DNA of 64,000 nt, from positions 12,177,692 through 12,241,691 of the forward strand of contig CM119267.1 of the NCBI GenBank assembly GCA_051294375.1, given 5' to 3'. The notes beneath the pieces were generated by a model. The model made no database searches, was not told where the DNA came from, and saw nothing but the letters and a program-made list of their open reading frames with translations. This stretch comes from Paraspadella gotoi. Lineage: Eukaryota; Animalia; Chaetognatha. The translations under genes and the position numbers were made by a program. Below are positions 41,498 through 54,718 of the stretch, one piece after another. Every line of letters starts with the position of its first letter. Positions within the stretch are counted from its first letter, which is position 1.

Positions 41498-41974
41498 TTT
41501 TTTCTTTATCTGGCAAATACGATTACGAACGTATTTAATTGAATTTTTATCCCCATTGTCGCCTCGTTTAACGACTTCCACGGGATTAAATTTTTCACGT
41601 GCGCGCTCTACGTGCTCCCGAGTTTTGTGTTCGAGCAAACGATGTTAAAATATTTGCACACTCTTGGTCCGTGTTTGTGGCTGCAATGTCCGTATTGTGC
41701 GTGTTTGTGCTTTGCATGACAGGCCTGGATAAAGTTTTTTTTTTTTCCTGACTCAAATACTAGAGACAACGTTTAATCTAAGCTAATCGGCTTAAGAATC
41801 GCAAGTAAAATTGGATTTTTTTTCATTTCGCGAGGCCATGAGCTGCGCAGCGTTCATCACATGGGAATTAAGCCACATTTTCTGATCCCGAAAAAAAAGA
41901 AAACAGCTCGAGGCTAATCCGGTACACTAGTCCCTTCCACTGCCCGAACCCCCCCATTCATCCCCCAATTGCAG

Positions 41975-42181
41975 ACCCGCCGGGGCGTCTTTCTCTCAAC
42001 CCCAATCTCCTCAAATCCTTCGCTTCTCTCTCTGTCGCGTCGCCGACTGGCGCTCGTCGTCCCTCGCCTATCGATGTCGGAAACGACGCCGGGACCACGA
42101 CGGCGTCGCCAGGGGGTGAGAGCGGCGTCGACGCGTTCCACGAGGACGCCATGAAGCGGGGCGAAGCCGCCGCCGAAAAGG
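41975..42181 (+). CDS. Nested antisense gene, exon 5
   Basis: tcccccaattgcAG / GTGAGG, 207 nt, phase 1-1: PPGRLSLNPNLLKSFASLSVASPTGARRPSP...EAAAEK. Confidence 0.6.
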
Positions 42182-42713
42182 GTGAGGCGGGGAAAGTGGG
42201 TCAGGCGAGCATTCTGACGTTTTTGGTTGCAATCGGAGCTCACTTTTTGAACAACGGTATTTTTAGTTTTATTTTTTAAAATGAGCTGTGTTGGATCGGA
42301 TAATTAGTTATTTTTCACGTTGCTTTCTTAGTTCTATTTTTATTCATATATTTTTGCTGACGAATGTTGTGAAATAACTAAGTATTTCACGCTCGAGATT
42401 AAAGATTGACCCAGCGCGAGCCAATATTTCACAACTACCGTTCGGGCGTCGTCCGTCCCTTGTTAGTCTGACGTAGATTTTCATAAATCTTTTTTGCTGA
42501 ATATTGCAAACAAATATACACAATAACAAAAAAACAGTACACAATACCGGAGAAATAAATATAAGAGCTAATGTATCTTTCTTGATATGAGATAAAATTA
42601 AACAAAATTGACACACTAAATCGTTGAGCTGTAAAATGGTAACCGGTAAAAAGGGACGACGTCTTTCGCTTATTAAAATTAACTAGAACGTTGTTGTTTT
42701 AAAATGATTTCAG

Positions 42714-42886
42714 AAAATGGCATTTTATACTTGTTATCTAAAACGGATGACATCCCTGCACGACGGTATCGTTGTTTTTCTTGTTTTTGTTGTCTTCCTC
42801 TGCGGGGAGTCGTTGTACCGCGCGAGCTCGTAATCCTCAAAAGAAATATTGAGGAGTTATGGCCTCTTAATTTGAGACGAGAATAA
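42714..42886 (+). CDS. Nested antisense gene, probable last exon (Cys cluster)
   Basis: atttcAG acceptor, phase 1, open to TAA: ENGILYLLSKTDDIPARRYRCFSCFCCLPLRG...LRRE*. Confidence 0.4.
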
Positions 42887-42987
42887 CATCGAAACCCCAC
42901 GGGGCCGAAAGACGGTGACGTTGCTGTTGCTCTCGTCCTTCTTTCTATCCTGCGCAAGAAGGTTTAGGGAAATGAGAGAATGGAAGG

Positions 42988-43067
<80 letters not shown>

Positions 43068-43192
43068 AGAGAGAGGAGAGACCGCGACCCCAAGACTACC
43101 TGGAATATTCATGATCCTCACACTCAACCTGAGAAAATTTATTGAAGAGATGCGTCGCCGATTTCTATCTGCTCTCCTTCTCTCTCTTCTCT

Positions 43193-43248
<56 letters not shown>

Positions 43249-43463
43249 AAACGAGAGATTGGAAAACGTCGTTCTCCTTCTTTTTCAGGCGAATATTTCT
43301 ATTTTTTTTCTCCGAGATTTTTCTCGGTGGGAATCGAAGTTGTACCTTTTTTTTGCATCAGTGGTGCGACTAAGAAAGGTGGAGGTAATAACCTAACGAG
43401 AGGGGGTGAATAAATGGTAAAAGTGAGTTAGTGAAAGTTATTTAGGTGAGAGGAGGAAAAAAG

Positions 43464-43514
<51 letters not shown>

Positions 43515-43649
43515 AGAGAAAGAGAGTAGAGAAAGAATGATTGAAGCATTTGGGGAGTCGCTATTCAAGGCATTTTGTCGTTTGTGGGGGAGGGTGGGGG
43601 GCAGTAAAGAAGACTAAGTGGTGCGAGTGGGGGAGTTTAATGGTGGGTC

Positions 43650-43904
43650 TGTGGCGGTATATTCACACCGCCTCACGTCCACCATCGGTCAGCCAAATCC
43701 ATTGGCTCAGAGGGGGAACACACCATCCCAGGCGTAGTGTTCCATCCATAGTCCTCACGACTTCCTTCTGCGTTGGCAAAGCGAGACCGTCCTAGGGTAA
43801 CCGCACCAGTGACTGGAGGTGTCACTGAGGGTCGGAAGCCCCCAAAGCCAACAGTGAGATGCTCCATCCCAATGGGCATCACAGGCAACCCGGCAGTTGC
43901 CATA
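43650..43904 (+). mobile_element. TGTGG..CCATA element, family A
   Basis: 4-bp TSD GGTC on both sides; several internal hairpins; homologous to 54454-54718 and 60201-60413. Confidence 0.75.
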
Positions 43905-44507
43905 GGTCCTTCTTTTTTTTTTATGGCAAACTGGTCTAGTTATTTTCTGGTTTCTGGCGAACGTAGCCTTTTGTTATTCTCTTTCTTAGTTAAAGTTTCT
44001 AAGAAAGTCTTCGAGTTAGTAGGGCGGAGATTAAACTTATTTGTGGTGTATAATTGATAACATTTTAATTAAACGAAGAGCTTAGAAACAGATGGAATAT
44101 TTCGAGGCGACGCAAGACTGAGGAATTTTCACTTAAAGTGTCGCAAGTAGCTTGCGGATTCCGAAATAAAAAAAATTATCTTTTGAGCACATCTTTTTGG
44201 AAATTGAGCAAATAGAGCGCGAGTCGGATTTGCCGCCTAAGATTTTGAGTAGTCGTTGTCGTCGAACGTCGTTAGCGCGAAATTTTTTTGTTGCTTTTTT
44301 TTTGTGTTCGCAGCTGCACGAACCGCGGCAGCGCAGCGCCGGAATCTCTTTGACGACTCGAAGAGCTTAAAGGAGAAGATTGAAATCAATGAAGAGTATT
44401 TCCTTTTTCCTTTTTGACGGATTTTTCCCCTTTTTTTGCGGCGGCTTTACTTTCATAAGTTCGCTCTCTCTCTCGTCTCTCTCTCCTCTCTCTCTCTCAT
44501 CATCTCT

Positions 44508-44539
<32 letters not shown>

Positions 44540-44799
44540 CATCTCTCTCTTTGTGTGCTTTGACCTATTTTTCTTTTTCTATTCTCTAATGAAAACTGTA
44601 ACTATTTTAATTTTATGATAGTTGTATAGTAGTGGAGTCTGTTGTGGAAATCTAATTTTCCAAAATCTGTTTACAGTACCGTTACTTATTTTTACTTATT
44701 TTACTTATTTTACTTATTTTGCAGTAATTATAATATTACTATCACCTTTCTACGACGATTAAAAGGTCGTATAGGCCGCGGAGTGTGTGCCCATGACCG

Positions 44800-44832
<33 letters not shown>

Positions 44833-45190
44833 ATTCATTCATTCATTCATATTCTCTCTCTCTCTCTCTCCCTCTCTCATTCTCTTTACTCCTCATCCTT
44901 TCCCGGATTCCTGCCCGACCTTGCTCCCTTTCGCCTTCGAGGTGATTTTCGCCTATGAGGCTCCCGAGTAAGTGAAAAGGCTTAGCGAGCGAATGCGCCT
45001 TTGGGTGAAATGAAATTCGTGAATAAACCACGCTTCTGAATAAGGCTCTATTCTGTGGGTGAATTTGGTTCTTAGTCTCCTTATTTAACATAAGAAAAAT
45101 CGCAAATAACGAAAATTAGGGACTATATTATATTATGTTAATTGTCATCTTGCCCAAAGATTGTCGTCAGTCCGTAAAATTGAATGAATG

Positions 45191-45517
45191 TATGGCAACG
45201 GAGGGACATGTGTGATGCCTGGGATATGAGTAATCTCCCGACAGCTGGCGCTCAGGGCTTTTGACCTACAGTGACCACACCATGTCACTGGCGTGTTTAT
45301 GCCAACACTATCACACTTTAACCAGCGTGACCGAGTGGGGATTGAACCCGGAACTAACGGTTGGTCAACGAGTACTTAGCTGTCCAAGCCAATGGGACGA
45401 GTTTCACCAAGCTATACGGGAGGCGAATTAAGGATTCGCCACACATGACCCCCCCGGCACACTGGGGTGACCAAGCCCATAGTGACTGTCTTGAGAGTAG
45501 ACGGACTCATTGCCATA
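45191..45517 (-). mobile_element. TATGGCAA..TTGCCATA element with internal tRNA-like segment, family B
   Basis: 8-bp terminal inverted repeat. Minus strand has TGGCTTGGACAG (A-box-like) and GGTTCAATCCCC (B box). One end (~110 nt) is homologous to family A. No clear TSD. Confidence 0.65.
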
Positions 45518-46362
45518 GTTAGAGAGCGAGCGAGCGAGAAGTAGGGCATAGGCGTAGGATGCATAGTGCATACCCAGCAAATGAACGAATATTTAAACGA
45601 ATAAAAAAAAGGAATTTGAATCGATTGATTTTGTAGATTTGTTTAAAACCTTTGACTCTGTCTGGTCTCAATGGGATTTTTTCAGGGAGCTTAGTCCCCG
45701 ACATCTCTTATTTCTAATTTGGTTTTTTCTTTTCTTTCGTCGCTTCTTGAATCCTAAATCCTGAATCCGAAATCTTGAATCTTCTGGGATAAACTCGTCT
45801 TTCCCGATGCAGATGCAATTCATCTCTGACTAAAAAAAGAAATGTTTCGGGAAAGAAAACGAAAAAGTAACGCGTGAGGAAAAAGGAAACAGGAACGAAT
45901 CATTTAAACAGACAGAAAATTAGAACAAAGTCAGAAAAGCCATAACTGTATAAAGTACGTGTAACCAATTAACTTTCGGTGAACGCAATCCGCACATCAG
46001 GTATCACACCATCCTGTTACAGCTTCTAGGTCATCCTCCTTCACCTCACATCAAAATCATCCACCCCCCAAACTCCTCTTCCATTTCCCCTCCCCCCGAA
46101 TCCTTTACCCCCACGAGGGCCAGAGGCGGCGTTCCTCGAGTCAAGGTCGCGCATTCCCGCTCGGTCATAGAGGATTAGAAGATTGAAGAAAATAGACGGA
46201 GAATATAAAGGGGGAGAGAGAGATAGAAAGGGAGAGAGAGATAGAGAGGGAGAGAGGAGGAAAGTGTGGAGGGAGTAGAGGTAGGGAGAGGAGAGGAGGG
46301 AGAGGCTATTTATAGAATAGAAGGACGAAGGAAGAGAAATAAAGTAAGTAGAAGCAGTAAAT

Positions 46363-46772
46363 AACAAGTTTGAGCAAACAATGTCGGATCTGCCTACGAT
46401 AATAAAGCGGTAATCGGCTAATCAGATGATGAATCACGATAATTATTTCAATTTGTGATCCTAACTGATCAGAACAGATCATACCATACTAAACCAATGG
46501 CTATGCCAATACATGTACATTAGGGTGGAGTGATGAAAGATTGAGCGATTGAACAGCTCAATCATACACTTTCCTAACCACGCACAGAATTTTATTCCAA
46601 TCCATCCATCCAATCACAAGTAATTGAAGATTTTTGCTAAAGGGGGATGGATGGACGGACATAATATATCATCATAATTTAAGTAAATGCCTGACAATAT
46701 TGAGGGGGCGGACCGACGGACCAACAAAGTGAATTATAGAGTCGGAATCTGCTGATAAGCAGATCCAATTAA
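46363..46772 (-). mobile_element. HINE-like element, short copy
   Basis: Same two termini and core as the other copies. Confidence 0.7.
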
Positions 46773-48258
46773 AAATTATTAGGGAAGTATAAAATAAAAT
46801 AAGACAAAATAACAGTATGAAAAGCAGACGAAAAGAAGGGAAGAAACATGTTGAATTAGTAAAACCTGTAAAAGAAAACTGATATTAAACTAGAATAAGA
46901 AAAAAAAATTATAATTAATTAAAACAGCAGATCTAAATTAATTTAATTTTTTTTCTTTTCTATGGAGTTTGGTTCATCTCTATGCAAGTTCCCGGTGGCG
47001 CTTCTCAATTTTTTTTTCTTTCCCGTTGATTATCTTTCTCATGAATTTTCAAGGTGCTCGCGCGAGATGCTCTAGCTAAAAAAAAACGAAAATCAGCAGA
47101 CGGAAAAATGAATGTTTTTAAAAAAGAAATTGTTTACTTTCGAGGAAAGTTTGTTTACGATAGATAATTTCGATTGGATTTTTTTTCTTATTATTTTCTT
47201 AGCACAGTTTCCCTGGGAACTTGAATCATTATCAAGCCGTTTTCGAACTCAAATCTATTACAATGCCTCTCTTCTTCGAGAATCTTCACTAGAACTTACC
47301 AAGCAATGTTAATGAATGTGTTAATCATTACCCCGCTATGTCTAAGGAATTTAGTTACTATATTATTTAAATTAATTAAATTATAAATTTATACAGCTTT
47401 TCGTCTATTAGTATACCTTTTTGTATCTACTAATTCAACTACCTATAATAAACGAATGATTAATTATTTACAAACACGCGAGAAAGAGCCATCTCTCGGA
47501 TCAAATAAGAATGAACGGGCCTTTTGTTTCTTCCCCTCTTCCACCCAGGCGACTTCATCCCCTTTTCTCATCTCGTTCAACTCAACGTCAACAGCGACGA
47601 AAGGACGAAGGGCTATCAGGAGAGCGTATCCAAAAACGCCTCCATCACATTCTTCTAGACGAGAGGCTTCGGGGAGATCGTCTGACGATCAACTGCTTCA
47701 TAACCGAGTCGCCATTTTTTTATTCTTTCTGATGAAAAGAACTGGGGCTGTTGAGTGAAGGTGGCAGGGAAAGGGATGGAGACGGAATGAGAATGGGGGG
47801 AGAAAGAACGTGACTCGGTTTCCATGGTTACAGCGACGACGGCGCGCGGAGGGTAAACAATAAACAATAAAGCGCGCGTGGGATTCGCCTCTTTCCCCCC
47901 GGTTAGACGCCGCGCGAAAAGTATAGAGAGAGGGGGAGAGAGAGAGAGAGAGAATGTGAATATTTCGCGATGAACCAAAATATTTTTTCCGGGCTTTATG
48001 AATTTCGATTTTTATTTTTTGGTTTTTTTTTTTAAATTTTGGAATAAAAATGAAAAAAACAATTTGATTTCGAACGTTAATTATTTATTATCATATGGCT
48101 AAGCGTAAATCAAACTACAAAGGTTTGTAATCATAAATGATTTAGCCTACTCAATATGAAGATTCTATATATCTTGAATGTTATCAGAAAAAAAAAAGCA
48201 GGTACCGATGCCCCAAGTCTTGGACCAAGACCGAGTCATCAGACGGATTGAAACTCAC

Positions 48259-48398
48259 CACCGACGGAAAATAGAATGGAGATTAAGCCTTGGATGAGGA
48301 AAGTGTAAACGTCGCTCTCGGCATAGGCGCAAATGTTGGTGATTCTTCCCATCTGCTCGTGGAGAGGATCATCGGGAGGAATCAGGGCCAGGTCCACG
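48259..48398 (-). CDS. Peptide GPCR exon: N-terminal segment and start of TM1
   Basis: ttttttccAG acceptor and GTGAGT donor. Translates VDLALIPPDDPLHEQMGRITNICAYAESDVYTFLIQGLISILFSVG; the phase-1 end joins exon 35485-35659 to give TM1 ...FSVGGGAANSLAVYVL. The upstream (start) exon was not identified. Confidence 0.8.
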
Positions 48399-48767
48399 CT
48401 GGAAAAAAAAGGGGGGGGAAAGGGGAGAGGGAATGATTAAAAAAAAGGATCGACATTGAAAAAAAAGGGGGCAAGGGAGCGGGAAAAATGAGGGGAAGGA
48501 TTGAGATATGTTAGGAACAGGAAAACGGGATGTGAAATTGAATCAGGCGACAAACGCGACGACGACAACTATTACGACGAAGACGACAACGATACAGCGT
48601 ACATTTCGTATCCTTTCGTTTTAATTTAACAATTATTTCCAGTTTTTTCAAATCTTTCTTCAAATTCAAAAAGGTTTTGGCGCTCTTTATTGATCAAGGT
48701 TAAAGCAACTTGAGCTGCTGAAAAAGTTAGGCTTTCTCAGTGAAAACGTTAGAGGGTAAAAAAGATA

Positions 48768-49219
48768 CCATGATGGAAAAAAAAAATTGTCGCGGTTTGG
48801 AAAAGTCAGTTAATTTTATTATCAAATATATTTTTTGGTTAATAAATAAGTTTTAATAGGTAATATGACCTCCCTAGGACTGAATAAAATGATTATTTTT
48901 TAATGGCATAAAATTATTTAATGCAAACAAATACTTCCAAAGGAGGTTATCTTTAACTGTTTTCACCTCTTTTTTGACAAAGAGGATTACTCACATTATT
49001 GTTGTAGTCGGGCATTGCCTAGGTTTACCCCGCCTAGAATCATGACACTTTCAGTTGTGACCCGGTAGCTCATTGAGTAAAGCCATCAGCTCATGACCAC
49101 GAGGTTCACTTATATGAATCATAAGAGGCCAAAGTTTTTTGATATTTAAATTTTATTTTTCGATTAACATAGCTAAAAATAATAAGAAAGTAACCGCGAC
49201 AATTTTTTTTTCATTATGG
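48768..49219. mobile_element. MITE, shorter copy of the 18475-20032 family
   Basis: TA|CCATGATGGAAAA..TTGTCGCGGTT ... AACCGCGACAATTTT..CATTATGG|TA. Confidence 0.65.
49003..49103 (+). mobile_element. Family C 5' fragment nested in a MITE
   Basis: TGTAGTCGGGCATTGCC...AGCCATCAGCTCATGACCAC matches the other two copies. Confidence 0.7.
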
Positions 49220-52200
49220 TAGCTTAGGCTTAGGGAATCACAAAACCACAGAAAAGTTGCCTCACGGGATTGCATTAAGATTATCTGAAAGAAGATGTAG
49301 TCGAGAACAAAGACAAAAATAACAACGTTACAGTTTCCCCGAATAAAAAACTGTATCACTGGCCCCTGATTCTTAATAGAGGACGACAATCATGAAACAC
49401 GTCATCACCCCGAAGAGGAAATCGTCGAAGAGGAATGCGTCGACCAGAGAGAGAGAGAGAGAGAGAGATCTCCCGAATGGTTTTCGCTTTATCGCCACCA
49501 GAGGCTCCGCCTATTGCTGCCCGTCGACGACGCTAACGCAGCTGCGTTTCGGAAAAACGGAGATAAAAAAAAAAATTTAAGACTTTCTGTTTTTCTCTTT
49601 TTCGACAAATAACCGCTTTTGCGCAGCTTTTAACTGCTGAGAGCCAGAGTCTGAACTCACCAACGTCTTACCCACGTCACGCCCACTTAACCGACCCAAG
49701 AGAAACTTTGTCCCATCCCATCTCATCGTCAACCGACCTGGTAACGCCATCTCTTGGATTCTGTTTAATTACAATATCCCGGACTCGGCAAACTCGAAAT
49801 TCCATCCCAGGAATCCAATTCGCTGATTTACGGGACCAAAGGTTGCAATAAAGTCCTCTCCTCTCGTCTCTGCAGCTCATCGCTCTCCGCTTCTCGGCTC
49901 TCGAGCTCTCGGTCTCTCTCCTCTCTCCTCTCACTCTCTCTTCTCTACTCACTCTCTCTCGTCGTCTCTCTCTGCTTTCTCTCTCCGTCTCCTCTTCTGT
50001 GTCTTCGTCCTCGCTCCCGTCCATTTCTCCCCAAGTCCTAAAGGAAAAATTCCATAAATCTTCCCGGACAATTGCAAATGTTCCACGACGCGAGCCTTTT
50101 CTCTATTTTCGCTCGCCCGGCCTTCTCTCTCTCCTCATCATCTTCTCTCATCTCAATTCTGCTCTTCTGCTCTCTTCTCTACTCTCTCTCATCTCTTCCT
50201 CGCTCTATCTCTCCTGTTCTCTCCTCTTTTCATCCCTCTCTCCTCCTGCTCCGCCTCTTCCCATAGGCTCTCTCGTTCTGCTTTTTAAAATATACCCGTT
50301 TTCTTTGTGCTCCCTCAACCTCGCTGGCACGAAGGTGTTCTTTCTCTACCTCGCTTGTACACTTTCTCTTGCATAATTATGCTATTTTTAATCCTTTTTT
50401 TTTCTGCCATATACACGGGTCTTGAGCTGGTATTTTCAATTTCACTATTTACTTTTGTTGACTTTACTTTCGTACTTATTGAACGAATTCCTTCCAAATT
50501 CTTGTTCCTACTTTAAACCTACTTTCTGTACCAATGCTATTTCGGCAATCTTTTGTCTTTGCTGTTAACTACAGCAGAGTTACTCTTTCTCATTAATAAA
50601 AGCAGCAGCTGCTATTTCAATAATAATAAATTTAAGCAGGTCAGCCTCTCAACCCATCTCCGCATGCTCGTTCACCACTCTCTCTACACTACCCGCCTCT
50701 CTCTGCTCATTTTCTCCCATCTCTCTCGCCCCGCGAAAAGTATAAGCCTTACATTCAATGGGAATGGATAAGCAAACAAGTGGCGGCGACGACGACGACG
50801 ACTTCGACCGCGGCGTCGGCGGCGGCGGCGGCGGCGTCCGGAAGTAGCAGCGTCGGTGGCGTGAAAGCGAGTTAAAGAACACTCGAGAACGAACGAGGGG
50901 GAGAAGAAATAAGGACGGTAGCGGGCGGCGGCTGAAGCAATGATGGTTGCTTCCATGACGGGCGTATTAGTTGGTCCATGTGAATAGCTGGAAATGGACC
51001 GTTGCACGCTGTGGGTAAAAGTTCACACCAAGTACGATTTTTTCTTAATAGAATAGAATTTCGCACTGATTAAGACTTGCAAGTAAAATTTGCGTATTTT
51101 GTATAGCAAGCAATGTAGTTAAGATTTAATGTGAGTGTAGATAGACAAGAGAAATTTTTTAAATAAAAAGCAAGAGAAATGTGAGGAGAAATAAAAAACA
51201 AATACTTAGTAAAAAGGAAAAATGACACATAAAAACTTTTTAATCGAATATTTTTTTTTATAATTCAGAAAACCGAATATGATATAGTATTGTTTGCATT
51301 AGCTATTTTCATTCTAATGTTAATAAATTTTATTATTTCTCGCTTACTGAAGCGAAATATTGTTTTCATCTTCCTTGATTTCTCAAAATGGATACCTTTG
51401 TATGACATGGTGCCGTATTGTTGCGGATTTTTCTCTCATAGTTTTTACGCGCTATAGCAGGATTTTAATGCCAGTCCAATTATAATTCCATTTTAACTGA
51501 ATAAAGACGCGATTTTCAATTTGAAATTATTGATATTAGGAATGAACGCTATATAGACAAACATAAAGACCAAACACGTGGACAAGCGTCGGCACAACGC
51601 TTAAATCTAAAGAGAATTTAGTTATTAATTTCATAAAATAAGTTTCAATTATTCAACAAAAATTGTACACTCCATGGTTGCAATCAGTATCAAATCAGAA
51701 AAACATTAGGTTTAAGAAAAAGGTCATTTCATTCAACTTCAAAACTCAGGCAAATGGCAGTACAATTCCAGAAAGCTGAGCTCTCTGCGATCTCCGAAAA
51801 TGTATTCACTTTAAACATTTGGATGGCATTCTCACCCATTTTATATCGGTTTGTAATCTATAATCATAAAATAAAAGAAACCTGCTGAAGAGTTGCAGGT
51901 CAACACGAAAGAGGCAATCCATCTGATATTTTTTTAGAATTTTTTTATTACTAGATTAGAAAATTATGTAATAGAGAGACATTTTTAAATTTATATACTT
52001 GTATTCCTTGAAAACATGAAACGTTTTTAAACTTTAACCCTGAATTCTTTCTAACTGGAACGCGTTTAATCAAATGTCTCTCTATTACAATTTTTAACCA
52101 ACATGTTTTTAAGATTGTCTATCAAATCTTTTTAATTCAATATTAATTGCAGTCGTCTCGGACTGCAACTCTTCAAAATTCAGTGTAGATTCAATTCTAG

Positions 52201-53947
52201 CTCAATTTCTTTACCATACTATTAACTGAAAGATTTGTGTTCATGACTGGAAAATAAAGAGAAGTAACGAGATTAATTGTTTAACTTCTCCCTTCTAAAC
52301 TAACGCCATACCGTGTTTTAACTTCTTACCTATAATTTTTTTAACAACAGATTGAAAAACAAAATCTTTACAATGTGCTTACATTTTAACTTAACATTTT
52401 GTTTTATTACCGATTTACAAAAAAAATAATTTAAACACAAATGTTGACATATAAGATAAAAACTTTTTTTTCGGTGATTAGCTGGTGATTACCGATGTAA
52501 TTTCTCCGTTGTATTACGCTCTAGAATACATCATGTTACGTATTGTCTATGCTGAATGACCCTTTTCTCTTAGATAAGCTTTCAACTCTCTCTCTCTCTC
52601 TGCTCGTTCGTCTTCCGTCCTCCTTCTCTATTTCTCCTCGTTCTCTCTCTCGATCACTCGTCTGCTCGTTCCTCTCTCTCTCTCTGCGCTCATCAAAGGC
52701 GAATCCGATTGAGCGACGGAAATTCATCAAATGTCATTACATTTTCGATGCATTAATCGTTGAAGTGTGGATTGTATCTACTGTTTCAACAAAGTGTTGT
52801 AATCGAATAAAACATACAAGACCTGATATCGAACCGAACAATTTGGAGAAAAAGTATGATTGGCGAAGAGGAGATAAGATGAACATCAAAGTTATTGCAC
52901 TTACGGAGATTAAGACTCTCTTGATTAAAACAGGGAATTGCAAAAGATTGCAAATTATTGCAAATGATTGAAAATGATTGAAAATGACCGTAATTTCCAT
53001 GAAATCAAATTCCCTCATCTTAAGAATTCGTGACGGTTCTTTCCTCGATGCAATCAGCGAGAAGATGAACAAGAAAAAAGGGAAAAAAAATCGAAAAAAA
53101 AGAAACGAAAGCAAAAATAATAAAAGAACTAAAAGAAAAAATTGGTCAAAAATAAATCTATACCTAACAGTCTATTCAAATAAGATTGGAAGAATTATAA
53201 AAAGTACCTCAAAATTGTCTAAGGAGGCCTTATTTAAATATACTAGAGTATACCAAAGAGTATATAACAAAAATGTAATGACTCTATAATTCATTGATTA
53301 CAATAAAGGCGAACGAAAAAGGGGAAAAAACGCCATGCCACTGGTTTCCTTTCAAGGGCAGATTAAATCCGGATTTAATTCGAGCACCTGTTCTCACCTT
53401 TTGTAGGAAAAGGGGGGAAAGTAAATGGAATTGTGGGAAAGAGAGATGAAAAGGATAAAGTGGAAGGGAGAAGTTGAATTTGAAATATAAAAAAAAGTAT
53501 GAATGAAGGAATAAAAAGAATTTAAGGACGTTGAAAAGGAGATGAATGAATGTCGTTAAATAAATTATTAGTGGTTGTTCGATCGAAAAAGAGCAAACGT
53601 TTTAATGCCTGAAAAGAGGGAGCAGTCAACAAAAAACAATTTGAAAAAAGAAAGAAAAATAATGATAATCATAATAATCACAATAATGAATACTATTCAA
53701 TTTAAATAGGAAGGGAGAAGATTTAGTCAACTTGCATTATTTTGTCAACTTGCATTATTTTGTCAACTTGCATCATTTTTTCAACTCACATAATTTTTTC
53801 AACTCGCATCTTTTTTTCACGTCAAGTCAACTTGACTTGGGTTTTTTCCATGCAAACTCATTTCCACTCCTCGATTCTATCAAAACTTTATATCCTGATT
53901 CATCACACACTTTTCTACCCAAAAACAAAATTTAATCTCAATCTATC

Positions 53948-54222
53948 TGTAATCGGGCATTGCATAAGATCACCCCGCCTATAAGCATGACACCTTCAGT
54001 TGTGACCTGATGGCTCATTGAGTAAAGCCATCAGCTCATGACCACTACTTACCGGGTTCAATCTCAACCCGGTACCTACTCTGCGGGAAGCGAGAGGATG
54101 GCCCTAAGCCACCTTGGGGCTGTGGAAAACCCTCAAGCCTGGTTCCAAGCCCATGATCCGTTCCAGGGGGTTAAAGAATTTGGGGATAGTACTCTTCAGC
54201 CCCACTAGGCGCCCTATCCACA
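53948..54222 (+). mobile_element. TGT..ACA element with internal tRNA-like A/B boxes (solo LTR of a Helenus-like TRIM?), family C
   Basis: Ends TGTAATC...ATCCACA with a perfect 4-bp TSD TATC. TGGCTCATTGAGT at about 54011 and GGTTCAATC at about 54055. Confidence 0.75.
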
Positions 54223-54453
54223 TATCCATCTAATTAATGATTAAATTAAGAGTAATTATAGAGTTACAAACTCTTCATTCCATCGAAACTTTATATCCAG
54301 CTCAATCACACACTTGTCAAAGCCTTTTTTCTCTATCTCCCACGTTGAACCGTCTCTCGACGAAATCGCGCAAGAGGCGAATGAGGTGCACCCGTTAGTG
54401 TGGAGGTATGAAAATATTAAGCTGGTTTATAATATAAAAAAATAGTAATATTC

Positions 54454-54718
54454 TATGGCAACAGCCGGGTTTCCTGTGATGCCCATTGGGATGGGACATC
54501 TCACTGTTGGCTTTGGGGGCTTCCGACACTCAGTGACGCATCCAGTCAATGGCGTGGTTACCCTAGGACGGTCTCGCTTTGCCAACGCAGAGGGAAGGAC
54601 TGTCGTTAGGACTGTGGATGGAACACAACGCCTGGGATGGTTTGGTGTGGTCCCGCCCTGAGCCAATGGTATTGGCTGAACGATCGTGGATGTGAGGTGG
54701 TGTGAATATACCACCACA
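54454..54718 (-). mobile_element. Family A element, inverted copy
   Basis: Reverse-complement homologue of 43650-43904; flanks ATTC/ATAC (imperfect 4-bp TSD). Confidence 0.75.

Noticed and set aside
50750-50990. GC-rich island as the GPCR first coding exon
   Set aside because: The available donor is not in the required phase 2 in any open frame; it may be UTR or regulatory.
52147-52177. Additional hammerhead-like motifs (also about 51885-51915 and 55050-55090)
   Set aside because: A stem II-like hairpin is present, but the core GAAA or cleavage site is missing or too degraded to call.
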